DNA from: an uncultured Actinomycetes bacterium
GTDB taxonomy: Bacteria; Actinomycetota; UBA4738; HRBIN12
Assembly: GCA_963700855.1 (NCBI GenBank)
Contig: CAVOYV010000005.1
Location: forward strand, 242,448 to 306,447
Direction of reading: 5' to 3'
DNA: 64,000 nt
The translations under genes were made by a program, and so were the position numbers. Below are positions 19,169-29,397 of the stretch, piece after piece (the first letter of the stretch is position 1; every line of letters starts with the position of its first letter). The notes under the pieces are model-generated. The model made no database searches and was not told where the DNA came from. It saw only the letters and a program-made list of their open reading frames with translations.

Positions 19169-19842
19169 GCCAGGTCGTCCACCGCGCCGGCGACATCCTT
19201 GCGGATCCCGGTCACGAACGGCACCTCTTCCTTGGTGAACAGGCGGGCCTTCGTGTCGCGGAGCCGCCGGATGCAGTCGACGATCGAGTCGAGCTCATCC
19301 GCTTCGAACGCGAGGATCCACTCCCAGTCGCCCAGGCCGAACCCGCTCGTCGTGTTCGCGAGCACGTCGGGGAACTCGCGGCCGACGACGCCGTGCTCGC
19401 GCAGGTACTCGCCGCGCTCCTCGCGCGACAGCAGGTACCACTCGGGGGTTCGGACGAACGGATAGACGCACAGGTACGTACCCGGAGGCTCACCCTTCAC
19501 GAACGCCGGTGCGTGGTCGGCGGTGAACTCCGCCGGCTTCACGACCCCCATGAACGTCCAGGTCAGATCGAGGAAACCACCGACCTCGGTCCGACGGAAC
19601 TCGACGAGGGCGCGCTGGACGGCGTCGGCGGTCGGGCCGACGAGCCACAGCATCAGATCGGCGTCGGGCCTGAACCCGACCGTGGAGTACGTGCCGCGGA
19701 CCTCGACCGTGTCCTTCCACGAGGCGAACAGCTCCTCGATCTCGGTCACCGCGCGAGCACGGTCCTGCGGGTCGGCGAGCACGCTCCGCAGCGTCGGGTC
19801 GGCGGCGAAGACGGGGTAGAGCGCGTACAGGGTGTCGGTCAT
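19165..19842 (-). CDS. hemQ: Coproheme decarboxylase (chlorite dismutase family)
   Basis: PAEF..DH.PAF, YPFVRTPEWYLL, ANT..FGLGDWEW; last gene of the hem operon. Confidence 0.92.
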   Translation of the reverse strand: MTDTLYALYPVFAADPTLRSVLADPQDRARAVTEIEELFASWKDTVEVRGTYSTVGFRPDADLMLWLVGPTADAVQRALVEFRRTEVGGFLDLTWTFMGVVKPAEFTADHAPAFVKGEPPGTYLCVYPFVRTPEWYLLSREERGEYLREHGVVGREFPDVLANTTSGFGLGDWEWILAFEADELDSIVDCIRRLRDTKARLFTKEEVPFVTGIRKDVAGAVDDLA

Positions 19843-21188
19843 GGTTCCAGCTCCTGGATGACGGCGTCGGCGACCTCGCCGGCGGCACGGACGACGTCGG
19901 CGACGTCCGCCCCGTCGTAGGCCTGTCCGACCACGAAGATACCGGGCGGCAGCTGTTCGCGGACCCGCGCGACGTGCTCGAGGTGGCCGACCTCGTAGCG
20001 CGCCACGGCGTCCGGCCACCGAACGACGCTCGCATGCTCCGGCGCGTCCGGAAGCGGGAGCACGGCGGCAAGGTGTCGTGCGCATGCGGTGACGATGTCG
20101 TGGTCAGGGGCGCGGACCACGTCCTCGTCGCCCACGCCACCGAGGGCGCACGACACGATCGCCCGCGAGCCGTACGAGGGATCGGGCCACCGCGAGGACA
20201 GCCACGCGCACGAGCGCATCGGAGCCTTCCCGCGCGGCACGACGAACCCGGTCCCTGCGGGGAGCGAGGGCTGCGTCCCTTCCGCGTACACGAGCAGCAC
20301 GGTGACCGCCGACGTGGTCGTGAGGTCGCCGAGCGACGCGGCGACGTCACCGGCGATCGGATCGAGCAGACGTCGTGCCTGTGCCGCGGGCGTCGCGAGC
20401 ACGACGACGTCGGCCTCGACCGGGTCGCCGCGGTCGAGGACCAGGCGCCAGCCGGCACCCCGCTCCAACCCGACGCCTCTGCACCCGGCACGGACCCTAC
20501 CGGCGAGCTCAGATGCGATCGCTCGCGGCAGAGCCTCGACGCCGCCGCGCGGGCGGACGAGCATCGGAGCGGCAGCCGGGCCTCTGCGGAGCGACCGGCG
20601 GGCCGCCTGCGATCCGCGTATCAGGCTCCCTTGCCAGTCCTCCCATCGCTCGAGGTCCGGGTAGGTCGCGCGAAGCGACATCGCGTCGACGTCGCCCAGC
20701 GACGGGGCGGTCAGCAGGGGTGCGACCGCACGGTCGGTCGCCTCGTCGCCGAGCCGTCGCCGCAGCAGCGATCCGAGCGTCTGGTCCCCCTCGCTCTTGC
20801 GCTTCGATCTCAGCAGGTCTCCGAGGGCTCGGCGACGTCCTGCGCGTGACAGACCGGGCCAGCGCAGGACGTCGCCCGGGTCGCCGGGGATGCCGAACGC
20901 CGCGTCGCTCGGGTAGGCGACGAGGCCCGAATCCGTCCACAGGTAGGTCCCGGACGACGCCGGCGCGACGACCTCCACCCCGAGCTCTCGACACAGGTCG
21001 ACGGCCCATGGCTTCCGCCCCCAGAACCCGTCGGCTCCCGCCGGCAGCGAGAAGCCGCCGACGTCGACCGAGCGTAGCGAGCCGCCGGGGGTCCCCGCCT
21101 CGCAGACGACCACGTCGGCGGAGGCATGCGTCAGGCGGTACGCGGTGGCGAGGCCGGCGAGGCCCCCACCGACGACCGCGATCCTCAC
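19839..21188 (-). CDS. hemY: Coproporphyrinogen/protoporphyrinogen oxidase
   Basis: VVGGGLAGLATAY, GTGFVVP, VVRWPDAVARYEVGH; GTGA overlap with hemH. Confidence 0.9.
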   Translation of the reverse strand: MRIAVVGGGLAGLATAYRLTHASADVVVCEAGTPGGSLRSVDVGGFSLPAGADGFWGRKPWAVDLCRELGVEVVAPASSGTYLWTDSGLVAYPSDAAFGIPGDPGDVLRWPGLSRAGRRRALGDLLRSKRKSEGDQTLGSLLRRRLGDEATDRAVAPLLTAPSLGDVDAMSLRATYPDLERWEDWQGSLIRGSQAARRSLRRGPAAAPMLVRPRGGVEALPRAIASELAGRVRAGCRGVGLERGAGWRLVLDRGDPVEADVVVLATPAAQARRLLDPIAGDVAASLGDLTTTSAVTVLLVYAEGTQPSLPAGTGFVVPRGKAPMRSCAWLSSRWPDPSYGSRAIVSCALGGVGDEDVVRAPDHDIVTACARHLAAVLPLPDAPEHASVVRWPDAVARYEVGHLEHVARVREQLPPGIFVVGQAYDGADVADVVRAAGEVADAVIQELEP

Positions 21189-22168
21189 ACGTGGACCTCG
21201 GCCATGTGCTCCCGGACGATCTGGGCGAGCAGGTCGAGGAACTCCGGGTCGGCGTTCGGCATCCGCGTCCTGGCGAACGCGACGTCCACCCGCTCCGCGA
21301 TCTCCTTCGCCTCGATGTCGAGGTCGTAGAGGATCTCCAGGTGATCGGCGACGAACCCGGCCGAGCACACGACCACGCCCGGGACGTCGGCCGCCCCGAG
21401 ATCCTCGATCACGTCTTCGACCGGTGGACCCCACCACGGGTCGTCGGTGCGGCCGGCCGACTGCCAGGCGATCGCGAAGCGGTCGAGGCCGAGCCGTCGT
21501 GCGACCTCGTCGGCGGTCTCCTGGAGTCCGTCACGGTAGCGACAGGACTCGTCGCAGTCGCAGTACTTGCACCGGAACGACAGGTCGGTCTCGACGGTGC
21601 GGATCGGCAGCGAGTGCGCGGTGAACAGGACGGCGGCCTCGTCACGTGCGGTGTCGGGCAACGTCTGCAGCGCTTCGTCCACCCGGTCGGCGAGCAGCTC
21701 GATGAATGCCGGATGCTCGTGGTAGTGCTTCACGAACGTCGCCACGACGTCGGCGCCACCCTGCTCGTCGAGCGCCTGCTTCGTGCGCTCGATGTAGGTC
21801 TCGACCGACATCCCGGACCAATGCGGCGCCATCACGATGCCGATCAGTCGCTCGACCCCGTCCGCCAGGATCTCGGCGACCGCCTCGGGGATGAACGGCG
21901 GCGAGTGCTTCATCCCGAGGTACGCCTTGAAGCTCGGCCCCCCGTCGGCGTTGAGTCGCTCGACCAGACCCAGCGCCTGCTCGCGGGTGGTCTCGAGCAA
22001 CGGGAACCGGTTGCCGATCGCCGCGTACCGGTCCTTCAGCTCCTGGAGGTGATCCGGCGTCGGCGGTCGGCCACCGCGGATGTCGGTGTAGTAGCGCTCG
22101 ATGTCGTCGACGCCGGCCGCGGTGCCGTACGCCATCACGAGGATCCCGATGGGCGCGTCCGTGCTCAC
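21185..22168 (-). CDS. hemH: (Copro)porphyrin ferrochelatase
   Basis: LVMAYGT, GMKHSPPFI, FTAHSLP, WQSAGRT..PW.GP, GFVADHLEILYDLD. Confidence 0.95.
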   Translation of the reverse strand: MSTDAPIGILVMAYGTAAGVDDIERYYTDIRGGRPPTPDHLQELKDRYAAIGNRFPLLETTREQALGLVERLNADGGPSFKAYLGMKHSPPFIPEAVAEILADGVERLIGIVMAPHWSGMSVETYIERTKQALDEQGGADVVATFVKHYHEHPAFIELLADRVDEALQTLPDTARDEAAVLFTAHSLPIRTVETDLSFRCKYCDCDESCRYRDGLQETADEVARRLGLDRFAIAWQSAGRTDDPWWGPPVEDVIEDLGAADVPGVVVCSAGFVADHLEILYDLDIEAKEIAERVDVAFARTRMPNADPEFLDLLAQIVREHMAEVHV

Positions 22169-22173
22169 TGCTC

Positions 22174-23208
22174 TCAGGTCCTTTCGGTCCGCTCGTGGAC
22201 CAGGTCCACGAGACGTTGGAGTGTCCCGACGGGCGTCGGCGGCAACACGCCGTGCCCGAGGTTGAAGACGTGGCCGTCGCGGCCGGCGGCGCGGGCGAGG
22301 ACGTCGAGCGCCTTGCGCTCGACGGCCTCCCAGGGGGCGAGCAGCGCTGCGGGGTCCAGGTTCCCCTGGACCCCGCGCTCCGGCCCCACGCGCTCCCAGC
22401 CGGCATCGAGCGGTACCCGGTGGTCGATCCCGATCACGTCGCCGCCCGCGTCGCGCATCAGCGCGAGCAGCTCACCGGTGACGACCCCGAAGTGGATCAC
22501 CGGCACGCCGAGATCCGCGACACCCTCGAAGAGGCGGCGCATGTGCGGCTGGACCGAGACCGCGTAGTCCTCGGGCGCGAGCGAGCCGACCCACGAGTCG
22601 AAGACCTGAAGGGCCGAGGCGCCGGCACCCACCTGCGCCCGCAGATGCGGGACCACGATGTCGACGAGGGCGTCCATCAGGCGGGCCCAGGTCGACGGCT
22701 CCCCGAGCATCAGCGCCTTCGTGCGCGCGTGGTCGCGCGACGGGCCGCCCTCGACCAGGTAGCTCGCGAGCGTGAACGGTGCCCCGGCGAATCCGATCAG
22801 CGGGACCTCGAGCTCACCGGTCAGCAGGCGCACGGCCTCCAGCGTGTACGGCTCATCGACCTCGGGCTCGAGCGGACGGAGCCTGGCCAGGTCCGCGGCG
22901 CCTCTGATCGGGTCGTCGAGCACGGGCCCGCGCCCCTGCTCGACCCGCAACGGCAGCCCGATCGCGGCGAGAGGCACGACGATGTCGCTGAACAGGATCG
23001 CCGCGTCCAGAGGCATCCGTCGAAGCGGCTGGAGGGTGATCTCGACGACCTCCTCGGGCTCGCGGATCGACAGCAGGATGTCGCGGTCACCACGCACCTG
23101 CTTGTACTCGGGGAGATACCTGCCGGCCTGCCGCATGAACCACACGGGGGTGCGATCGACCGGCTCACGCCGGAGCGCACGCAGCAGTCGGTCCTGGACG
23201 GGGCTCAC
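22174..23208 (-). CDS. hemE: Uroporphyrinogen decarboxylase
   Basis: PVWFMRQAGRYLPEY, DAAILFSDI, GFAGAPFTLASY, HVFNLGHGV. Confidence 0.97.
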   Translation of the reverse strand: MSPVQDRLLRALRREPVDRTPVWFMRQAGRYLPEYKQVRGDRDILLSIREPEEVVEITLQPLRRMPLDAAILFSDIVVPLAAIGLPLRVEQGRGPVLDDPIRGAADLARLRPLEPEVDEPYTLEAVRLLTGELEVPLIGFAGAPFTLASYLVEGGPSRDHARTKALMLGEPSTWARLMDALVDIVVPHLRAQVGAGASALQVFDSWVGSLAPEDYAVSVQPHMRRLFEGVADLGVPVIHFGVVTGELLALMRDAGGDVIGIDHRVPLDAGWERVGPERGVQGNLDPAALLAPWEAVERKALDVLARAAGRDGHVFNLGHGVLPPTPVGTLQRLVDLVHERTERT

Positions 23209-23253
23209 GGGCCCAAGGATACGGAGGCGCGGCGGCGATGCGGCCCGCGGAAG

Positions 23254-23679
23254 CTACGCGAGCCCGACCTCGGGCACCGGTCGCGGCAGCACGATGGGCC
23301 TCGTGCGCTTCACGGACACGGCCGTGACGACCGCGTCGACCAGCCGATCGATGTCGAAGGGTTTCGGGAGGTAGGCGACCGCCCCGAGCTCCTGCGCGCG
23401 GTCCATGTCGGCGGGGTTCTTCTTCGCCGAGCACACGACGACGGGAACGACGTTCTGACGCGCGTGCAGCTCCTCGAGGACCTGCCACCCGTCGATCCCG
23501 GGGAGCATCACGTCGAGGAGCACGGCATCGGGCCGCTCGGCCTCGATCCGCGAGATCGCGGTCCGACCGTCGCCCGCGAGGATCGGCTCGATCCCGGCGC
23601 TCGCGAGGTTCACGCGCAGGACCACGAGCAGGTCGGGGTCGTCCTCCACGATCAGGACACGCGGCCGAGCGAGGGTCAC
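23254..23679 (-). CDS. Single-domain response regulator (receiver only)
   Basis: VLIVEDD, LLDVMLPGIDG, CSA, KPF; GTGA overlap with the upstream gene. Confidence 0.92.
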   Translation of the reverse strand: MTLARPRVLIVEDDPDLLVVLRVNLASAGIEPILAGDGRTAISRIEAERPDAVLLDVMLPGIDGWQVLEELHARQNVVPVVVCSAKKNPADMDRAQELGAVAYLPKPFDIDRLVDAVVTAVSVKRTRPIVLPRPVPEVGLA

Positions 23680-24551
23680 GGAGACACCTCCCGAAGGTGC
23701 CGGAGCGCGGCGACCTGGGACCGCTCCGTCTCGTATCGGTAGGCGTTCGCGATCGCGCCGGCCGCCTGCTCGGCGAAGACCGCGAGGGCCCGCAGATCGT
23801 GCTGCGTGAAGGCCCGACCCGACGGTGCGCTCACGTTGAGGACCCCGTAGAGGGACCCCTCGGCGACGAGCGGCACCGACATCGCGCTCTCGACGTAGGG
23901 CTCGCGGTCGGCGAGACCGGGGAAGATGTCCGGGTCGACCTGGCCGTCGATCACGATCGGCTCGCGACGTAGGGCCACGTGACCGGCGATGCCGTCGCCC
24001 AGACGGACCCGGGTGCCGAGCGCCTCCTGACGGCCGCGCGCCTGCGCGACGACGAGGTCGGTCCCCTCGACCAGCATCAACGACCCGCCTCCGGCATCGA
24101 GCAGATCGGTGGCGCTCCTGAGGATCGTCTCCAGGAGCCTGGGCAGTTCCAGGACCGCGTTCATCTCGCGCCCGGCGGCCAGGAGCACCTCGACCTCGTT
24201 CAGGCGGGTAGTGAGGGCCGCCGTCACGACCCGTTCGTCGGTCAGGTCGCGGCTGAGCCTGGTGAGTTCGCGCTCCTGGAATCCGGCGGCGAGGCCGAAG
24301 GACGCGGCGAGCCCGAGGAAGATGACCCGCAGGGTGTCGGCGGTCAGCACCAGCCGCTGTCCTTCGGGCCAGGCTGCCAGCAGGGCGATCGCGATCACGA
24401 CGGCGACCAGGACACCTGCCGTACGGACCCACAGCTGAGCCCTGCGGTGTTCGATCGCCTCGAGCGACGGGGTCTCGAACCCGCGCAGCGACGCGACGCT
24501 CGCACGTTGGCGAGCGTCAGGAGCGTGGGAACGGCCGGTTCGTGTGCGCAC
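23676..24551 (-). CDS. Membrane-anchored GAF-domain protein without kinase domain
   Basis: Two TM helices, GDGIAGHVA..REP, SAMSVPL...GVLNV...F...DLRAL..FAEQAA.AI.NA; ends shortly after the GAF domain. Confidence 0.85.
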   Translation of the reverse strand: MRTRTGRSHAPDARQRASVASLRGFETPSLEAIEHRRAQLWVRTAGVLVAVVIAIALLAAWPEGQRLVLTADTLRVIFLGLAASFGLAAGFQERELTRLSRDLTDERVVTAALTTRLNEVEVLLAAGREMNAVLELPRLLETILRSATDLLDAGGGSLMLVEGTDLVVAQARGRQEALGTRVRLGDGIAGHVALRREPIVIDGQVDPDIFPGLADREPYVESAMSVPLVAEGSLYGVLNVSAPSGRAFTQHDLRALAVFAEQAAGAIANAYRYETERSQVAALRHLREVSP

Positions 24552-24651
24552 GCAGACCTCTCGGGTGAGGTACCTGCGGTATCGGACGGGGCCGGGTGCG
24601 CCTGGATAGGGCCGCAGGTGGTCACCCGACAGGGGGACACCGACCCTCGGG

Positions 24652-24738
24652 CGGGAGGAGTGGGATTCGAACCCACGGAGGACTCGCGCCCTCAACGGTT
24701 TTCAAGACCGTCGCCTTCGTCCGCTCGGCCATCCTCCC
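24652..24738 (-). tRNA. tRNA-Ser(TGA)
   Basis: GGGAGGA acceptor stem, ACGGT-CTTGAAA-ACCGT anticodon arm, long variable arm, GGTTCGAATCC; CCA not encoded. Confidence 0.96.
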
Positions 24739-24804
24739 GGCGAACATCTTGCCAGTCCCACAGGGCTTCCCGCCCGCCGACGGAACGCCTACCCTGTCCG
24801 CGCG

Positions 24805-27800
24805 ATGTGGCCGATCTCCGACGGACAGCTCCGCGAGGTCCTGCGGCATCTGCCCGCCGTGATCTACCAGGACAGCCACGAGCCGCACCCTCGCACGATC
24901 TACCTGTCCCCGAACGCCGACACGGTCCTGGGCAGCGGCGCGGACGAGCACCTTGAGGACCCCGACCTCTGGTGGCGCTCGATCGATCCCCGCGACCACG
25001 ACCATCTGATGGCGTCGTGGACGCGCGCCTACGAGACCGAGGAGCCGTACACGGTCGACTACCGCTACCTGCGACCCGACGGCCGGGTGGTGTGGCTCCG
25101 CGAGCACGCCACCCCCGTGCGGGCCGAGAGCGGCGAGGTCAGTCACTGGCAGGGGGTGCTGCTGGACGTCACCGCGGAACGGGCGGCCACCGACGAGCTC
25201 GCCGCGTCCGAGGCTCGGTACCGCTCGCTGATCGAGCATCTCCCCGCATCCGTCTACACGCTCACGAACGACGACCCGGCTCGCGTCGTGTTCGCCTCCC
25301 CAAGGGTCGAGGACCTGTACGGGTATCCCATCGAGCGGTGGATGGATCCCGACGACCTGTGGCCCCACGTGATCCACCCCGACGATCGAGCGAGCGTCCT
25401 CGAGGACTGGAACGCCGCCCGGCGATCCGGGAGGCCCTTCGATCGCCGGTACCGCGTGCGCCACGCCGACGGGGGATTCCGATGGGTCGTCGACCACGTC
25501 CGGCCCGTGCACTCCCCGGACGGCGAGATCGTCGCGTGGGAGGGGATGTCCTTCGAGGTGACGCGGGAGCGCGAGACGGCGGCCGCGCTCCAGGAGAGCG
25601 AGGTCCGACACGAACGTCTCCTGCAACAGATCCCTGGGATCGCGTTCAGCCTCCTGCCGGGACCGACGAGGCGGTTCGACTACCTGAGCCCCCGCATCCA
25701 GGACATCCTGGGGTACCCACGCTCCCAGTGGTTCGAGGAGGAGGTGATCTGGGAGAACGTGATCCACCCCGACGATCGCGAGGCCGTGATCTCGGAATGG
25801 GAGCGGTGCGTACGAGACGGGGTCCCGTTCCGGAAGGAGTATCGCGCCCTCCACATGGACGGTCACGTCGTATGGCTCCGGGCGGAGACCCTGCCGGTCC
25901 GAGGCGCAGAGGGCGAGGTCGAGCGGTGGCAGGGACTGTGGCTCGACATCACGGAGACCCAGCTGGCCCGCGAGGAGCAGGCTCGGCTGGAGGCCCGCTA
26001 CCAGCGCCTCGTCGAGCAGGCCCCCGCGATCGTGTTCACCACCGACACGGACGGGGCCGTCCAGTACGTGGGACCGCAGGTCGAACAGATCCTCGGATAC
26101 CCCCGCACGGCGTGGACCGAGGACCCGGCGTTGTGGGAGTCGCTCCTGCACCCTGACGACCGCGACCGTGTGCTCGAGGCATGGGAGGAGTCCTCGCGCT
26201 CGGAGCGGCCGTTCGACGCCGAGTACCGACTCCGCCGCGCCGATGAGACCTACCGCTGGGTCCACGAGACCACGCATCCGGTCCGCGACGCCGACGGCAC
26301 GGTGTCGAGTTGGCACGGCCTGACGGTCGACGTGCACGAGATACACACGGCGACCGAGGCACGGGAGGCAGCGGAGGCGAGAGCCAGGGCGCTGCTCGAG
26401 AACGTGCCCGCCGTCCTCTACGAGATGGGGCCCGACGACGAGCGCCACACGCTCTACGTGAGCCCTCACATCGAGCGGCTGCTCGGGTACTCGCGCCGGG
26501 AATGGCTCGACCAGCCGGACATCTGGACCGAGCTCCTGCACCCCGACGACCGCGAGGTCGAGCTCGCCGCACACGACCGGCACTCCAGCACGGGCGAGCC
26601 GTGGTCGCGCGAGTACCGGATGATCGCCGCCGACGGACGGGTGGTATGGGTCCACGATCAAGCGACCCTCGCGATCGACGCCGACGCACGGCCGAGCTGG
26701 CAAGGGGTGCTCGTCGACGTCACGTCCCGGCACGTCACCGCCGAGTTGCTCCAGATCACGAACGAGGAGCTGGAGCGACGGATCTTCGAACGGACCGCCG
26801 CGATGGAGGAGGCCAACGAGCTGATGGGCCTCGAGATCGCCGAGCGCCGGCGGGCCGAGACGGAGCTCCGGCGGGCCGAGGTCCGGTTCCGTCAGCTCGT
26901 CGAGGAGTCGCCGGGGCTCGTCTACGCGTGGCAGACGCGCCCCGGCCCGCAAGGGGAATTCGACGGCTACATCAGCCCGCAGATCGAGACGATGCTCGGC
27001 TACACGCCCGACGAGTGGCACCGAGACTGGCACATCTGGGATCGGCGCCTGCACCCGCACGACCGCGCGCGGGTGCTCGCGGCCGCGGTCAGGAGCGAGA
27101 AAACCGGGGAGCCGTTCGAGGACGAGTACCGCTATCTCGCGAAGGACGGCCGGGTCGTGTGGGTCTTCGATCGCGCGACGCTGCTCGAGCGTGACGCCGA
27201 CGGCCGGCCCTTCATGTTCCAGGGGGTCATGGTCGACATCACGGCCCAGAAGGATGCCGAGCGCAAGGCCGCCGAAGCCGAGGAGCGGCTCCAGCGGGTC
27301 GCCGAGGACGCTCCCTACGTGACGTACGCCCTCACGGTGGAGCAGGCCGATCCGACCGGGGTCTCGGTGGAGTTCCTGAGCCGGCAGATCGAGTCGGTGA
27401 TCGGCTACCCGGCCACCGAGTGGAACCACGATCCCCTACGGTGGATCGAGTTCGTCCACCCCGACGACCGTGACCGTGCGATGGCGCACATGACGACCTG
27501 TTGGCGATCGGGCGCCCCGTGGGTGTTCGAGTACCGGATGATCACCGCCGAGGGCAAGGTCGTCTGGCTCCGCGATCGTGGACGCTGCGTGGACCGGGAC
27601 GAAGAAGGCCGACCGGCTCGTCTGGTCGGAGTGCTCTTGGACGTCACCGACGAGATCGAGGAGCGCGAGCGCGAGCGCGACGAGCTGTCCGTCCTGCGTC
27701 GGATCGTCGACGCGATCCCGGCCATCACCTGGATCGGGAGCGTCGCGGCCGACGGCGGGGACCCCCGGTACCTCTACATCTCGCCGCAGGTCGAGCAGCT

Positions 27801-28104
27801 CCTCGGGTACACGGCCGAAGAGCTGCTCGCCGAGCGGATGCACTTCCCGCGGATGATCCACCCCGATGACGAGGATCGGGTGGACCGGGCATGGCGCGAC
27901 GCATGCCTGGCGGGCGCGGAGATCTGGGAGGGGCGGTGGCGCGCCCGTCACCGCGACGGGACCTACCGGTCGATCCACGCGAGGGCACGGCGCGTGAGCG
28001 AGCCGGACGCCGCGACACTCGTCTGGGTGGGATTCAGCATCGACGAGACGGGCTGGGCGGCGGCCGAGACCACCGTGGCGGGGGTCGATGCAGAGCTCGC
28101 CTGA
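24805..28104 (+). CDS. Multi-PAS protein (8 PAS/PAC repeats, no output domain)
   Basis: Eight repeats of Y.SP..E..LGY...W...W...(I/L)HPDD...EYR....G...W.........G...DVT; coiled coil between PAS5 and PAS6. Confidence 0.9.
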   Translation: MWPISDGQLREVLRHLPAVIYQDSHEPHPRTIYLSPNADTVLGSGADEHLEDPDLWWRSIDPRDHDHLMASWTRAYETEEPYTVDYRYLRPDGRVVWLREHATPVRAESGEVSHWQGVLLDVTAERAATDELAASEARYRSLIEHLPASVYTLTNDDPARVVFASPRVEDLYGYPIERWMDPDDLWPHVIHPDDRASVLEDWNAARRSGRPFDRRYRVRHADGGFRWVVDHVRPVHSPDGEIVAWEGMSFEVTRERETAAALQESEVRHERLLQQIPGIAFSLLPGPTRRFDYLSPRIQDILGYPRSQWFEEEVIWENVIHPDDREAVISEWERCVRDGVPFRKEYRALHMDGHVVWLRAETLPVRGAEGEVERWQGLWLDITETQLAREEQARLEARYQRLVEQAPAIVFTTDTDGAVQYVGPQVEQILGYPRTAWTEDPALWESLLHPDDRDRVLEAWEESSRSERPFDAEYRLRRADETYRWVHETTHPVRDADGTVSSWHGLTVDVHEIHTATEAREAAEARARALLENVPAVLYEMGPDDERHTLYVSPHIERLLGYSRREWLDQPDIWTELLHPDDREVELAAHDRHSSTGEPWSREYRMIAADGRVVWVHDQATLAIDADARPSWQGVLVDVTSRHVTAELLQITNEELERRIFERTAAMEEANELMGLEIAERRRAETELRRAEVRFRQLVEESPGLVYAWQTRPGPQGEFDGYISPQIETMLGYTPDEWHRDWHIWDRRLHPHDRARVLAAAVRSEKTGEPFEDEYRYLAKDGRVVWVFDRATLLERDADGRPFMFQGVMVDITAQKDAERKAAEAEERLQRVAEDAPYVTYALTVEQADPTGVSVEFLSRQIESVIGYPATEWNHDPLRWIEFVHPDDRDRAMAHMTTCWRSGAPWVFEYRMITAEGKVVWLRDRGRCVDRDEEGRPARLVGVLLDVTDEIEERERERDELSVLRRIVDAIPAITWIGSVAADGGDPRYLYISPQVEQLLGYTAEELLAERMHFPRMIHPDDEDRVDRAWRDACLAGAEIWEGRWRARHRDGTYRSIHARARRVSEPDAATLVWVGFSIDETGWAAAETTVAGVDAELA

Positions 28105-28107
28105 GCC

Positions 28108-29393
28108 CTAGCTCGACGTCGGTCGAAGCTCGCGCGCCCGCTCGGGCAGGTACTGCCAGAGTCGCTCGGGCACCGCGACGCTGCCGTCGGCCCGCTGGTG
28201 GTTCTCGAGGATCGCGATCAGCGTCCGACCGAGCGCCGTCGCGGTGCCGTTCAGCGTGTGCAACGTCTCCAGCGCTCCATCGGCTCGGCGCACGCGCGTC
28301 TGCAGACGGCGCGCCTGGTAGTCGGTGGTGTTCGAGCAGCTCGTCAGCTCGCGGTACCTCTGCTGGCCCGGGCAACCAGACCTCGATGTCGTACTTCTTG
28401 GCGGCGCTGCCACCGAGGTCGCCGGCGGCGATGTTCACCACGCGGTAGGGGACGTCGAGGGGCCGATGATCGCCTCCTCGACGCTCGACGCAGGAACTCG
28501 TGCTCGTCCCAGCTCGTCTCGGGCGTCGTGAACGCGAACATCTCGACCTTGTCGAACTGATGGACCCGGAACATCCCGCCCATGTCCTTGCCGTAGGTGC
28601 CGGCCTCGCGCCGGAAGCACGTCGAGTAGCCCGCGTAGCGGAGCGGGAGGTCTGCCCTCATCGATGATCTCGCCCATGTGGATCGCGGCGAGCGGGACCT
28701 CCGCGGTTCCGACGAGATAGAGGTCATCCTGCACTCGATCCGGTAGATGCTTCACCTCGTCGGCGGGGAGGAATCCCGTGCCGTACATCGCTTCCTCGCG
28801 AACGAGCACCGGCGGGATCACGGGTGTGAAGCCCTCCTCGACGAGCACGTCCAGCGCGTTGCGCACGAGTGCGAACTGCAGCAGCACGATGTCGCCCATC
28901 AGGTAGACGAACCGCGAACCGCTCGTTCGCACCGCCCGATCGACGTCGAGCACGCCCGAGCATCTCGCCAAGCGCCGCGTGGTCGCGGACCTCGAAGTCG
29001 AACGCAGGAGGCGCCTCGTGGTTCCGCTTGCATCTCGACCGCGTCGTCCTCGGTGAAGCCGTCGGGGGCGCTGTCGTGCGGGAGGTTCGGGGTCGCAGCC
29101 AGCAGCGCGGTCAGCTAGGCGTCGGCGTCGGCGAGCTGCGGCTCGAGCTCCTTCAGCTCGGCGCTCACCGAGGAGACCTCGGCGATCAGCGCCTGCTTCT
29201 CGTCGCCCTCCGCGCCGCCGATCGCCTTCGACGCCCGGTTCTGCGCCGCGCGCAGCTCGTCGACCCGTGTGGTCAACGCGCGGCGGCGCTCGTCGGCCTC
29301 CAGCAGATCGTCGACCCTGCCGGCCAGCTCACGACGGGCGAGCGCCCGCCGGAACGGCTCCGGGTCGTCCCTGATCAGCTTGATGTCGAGCAT
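28108..29393 (-). pseudogene. serS: Serine--tRNA ligase disrupted by many indels and an in-frame TAG (probably sequencing or assembly error)
   Basis: Fragments in different frames: MLDIKLIR; PNLPHDSAPDG; SGSRFVYL; [10 protein letters not shown]; [21 protein letters not shown]; KKYDIEVW; [15 protein letters not shown]; HTLNGT. Confidence 0.9.
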
Positions 29394-29397
29394 CGGG

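Noticed and set aside
24552-24695. N-terminal extension of the GAF protein given in the ORF track
   Set aside because: It overlaps tRNA-Ser; the GTG at 24551 has an SD-like GAGAGG
29115-29117. In-frame TAG in serS as possible pyrrolysine or readthrough recoding
   Set aside because: It is accompanied by many frameshifts, no pyl genes are seen, and TAG is an ordinary stop in many genes here
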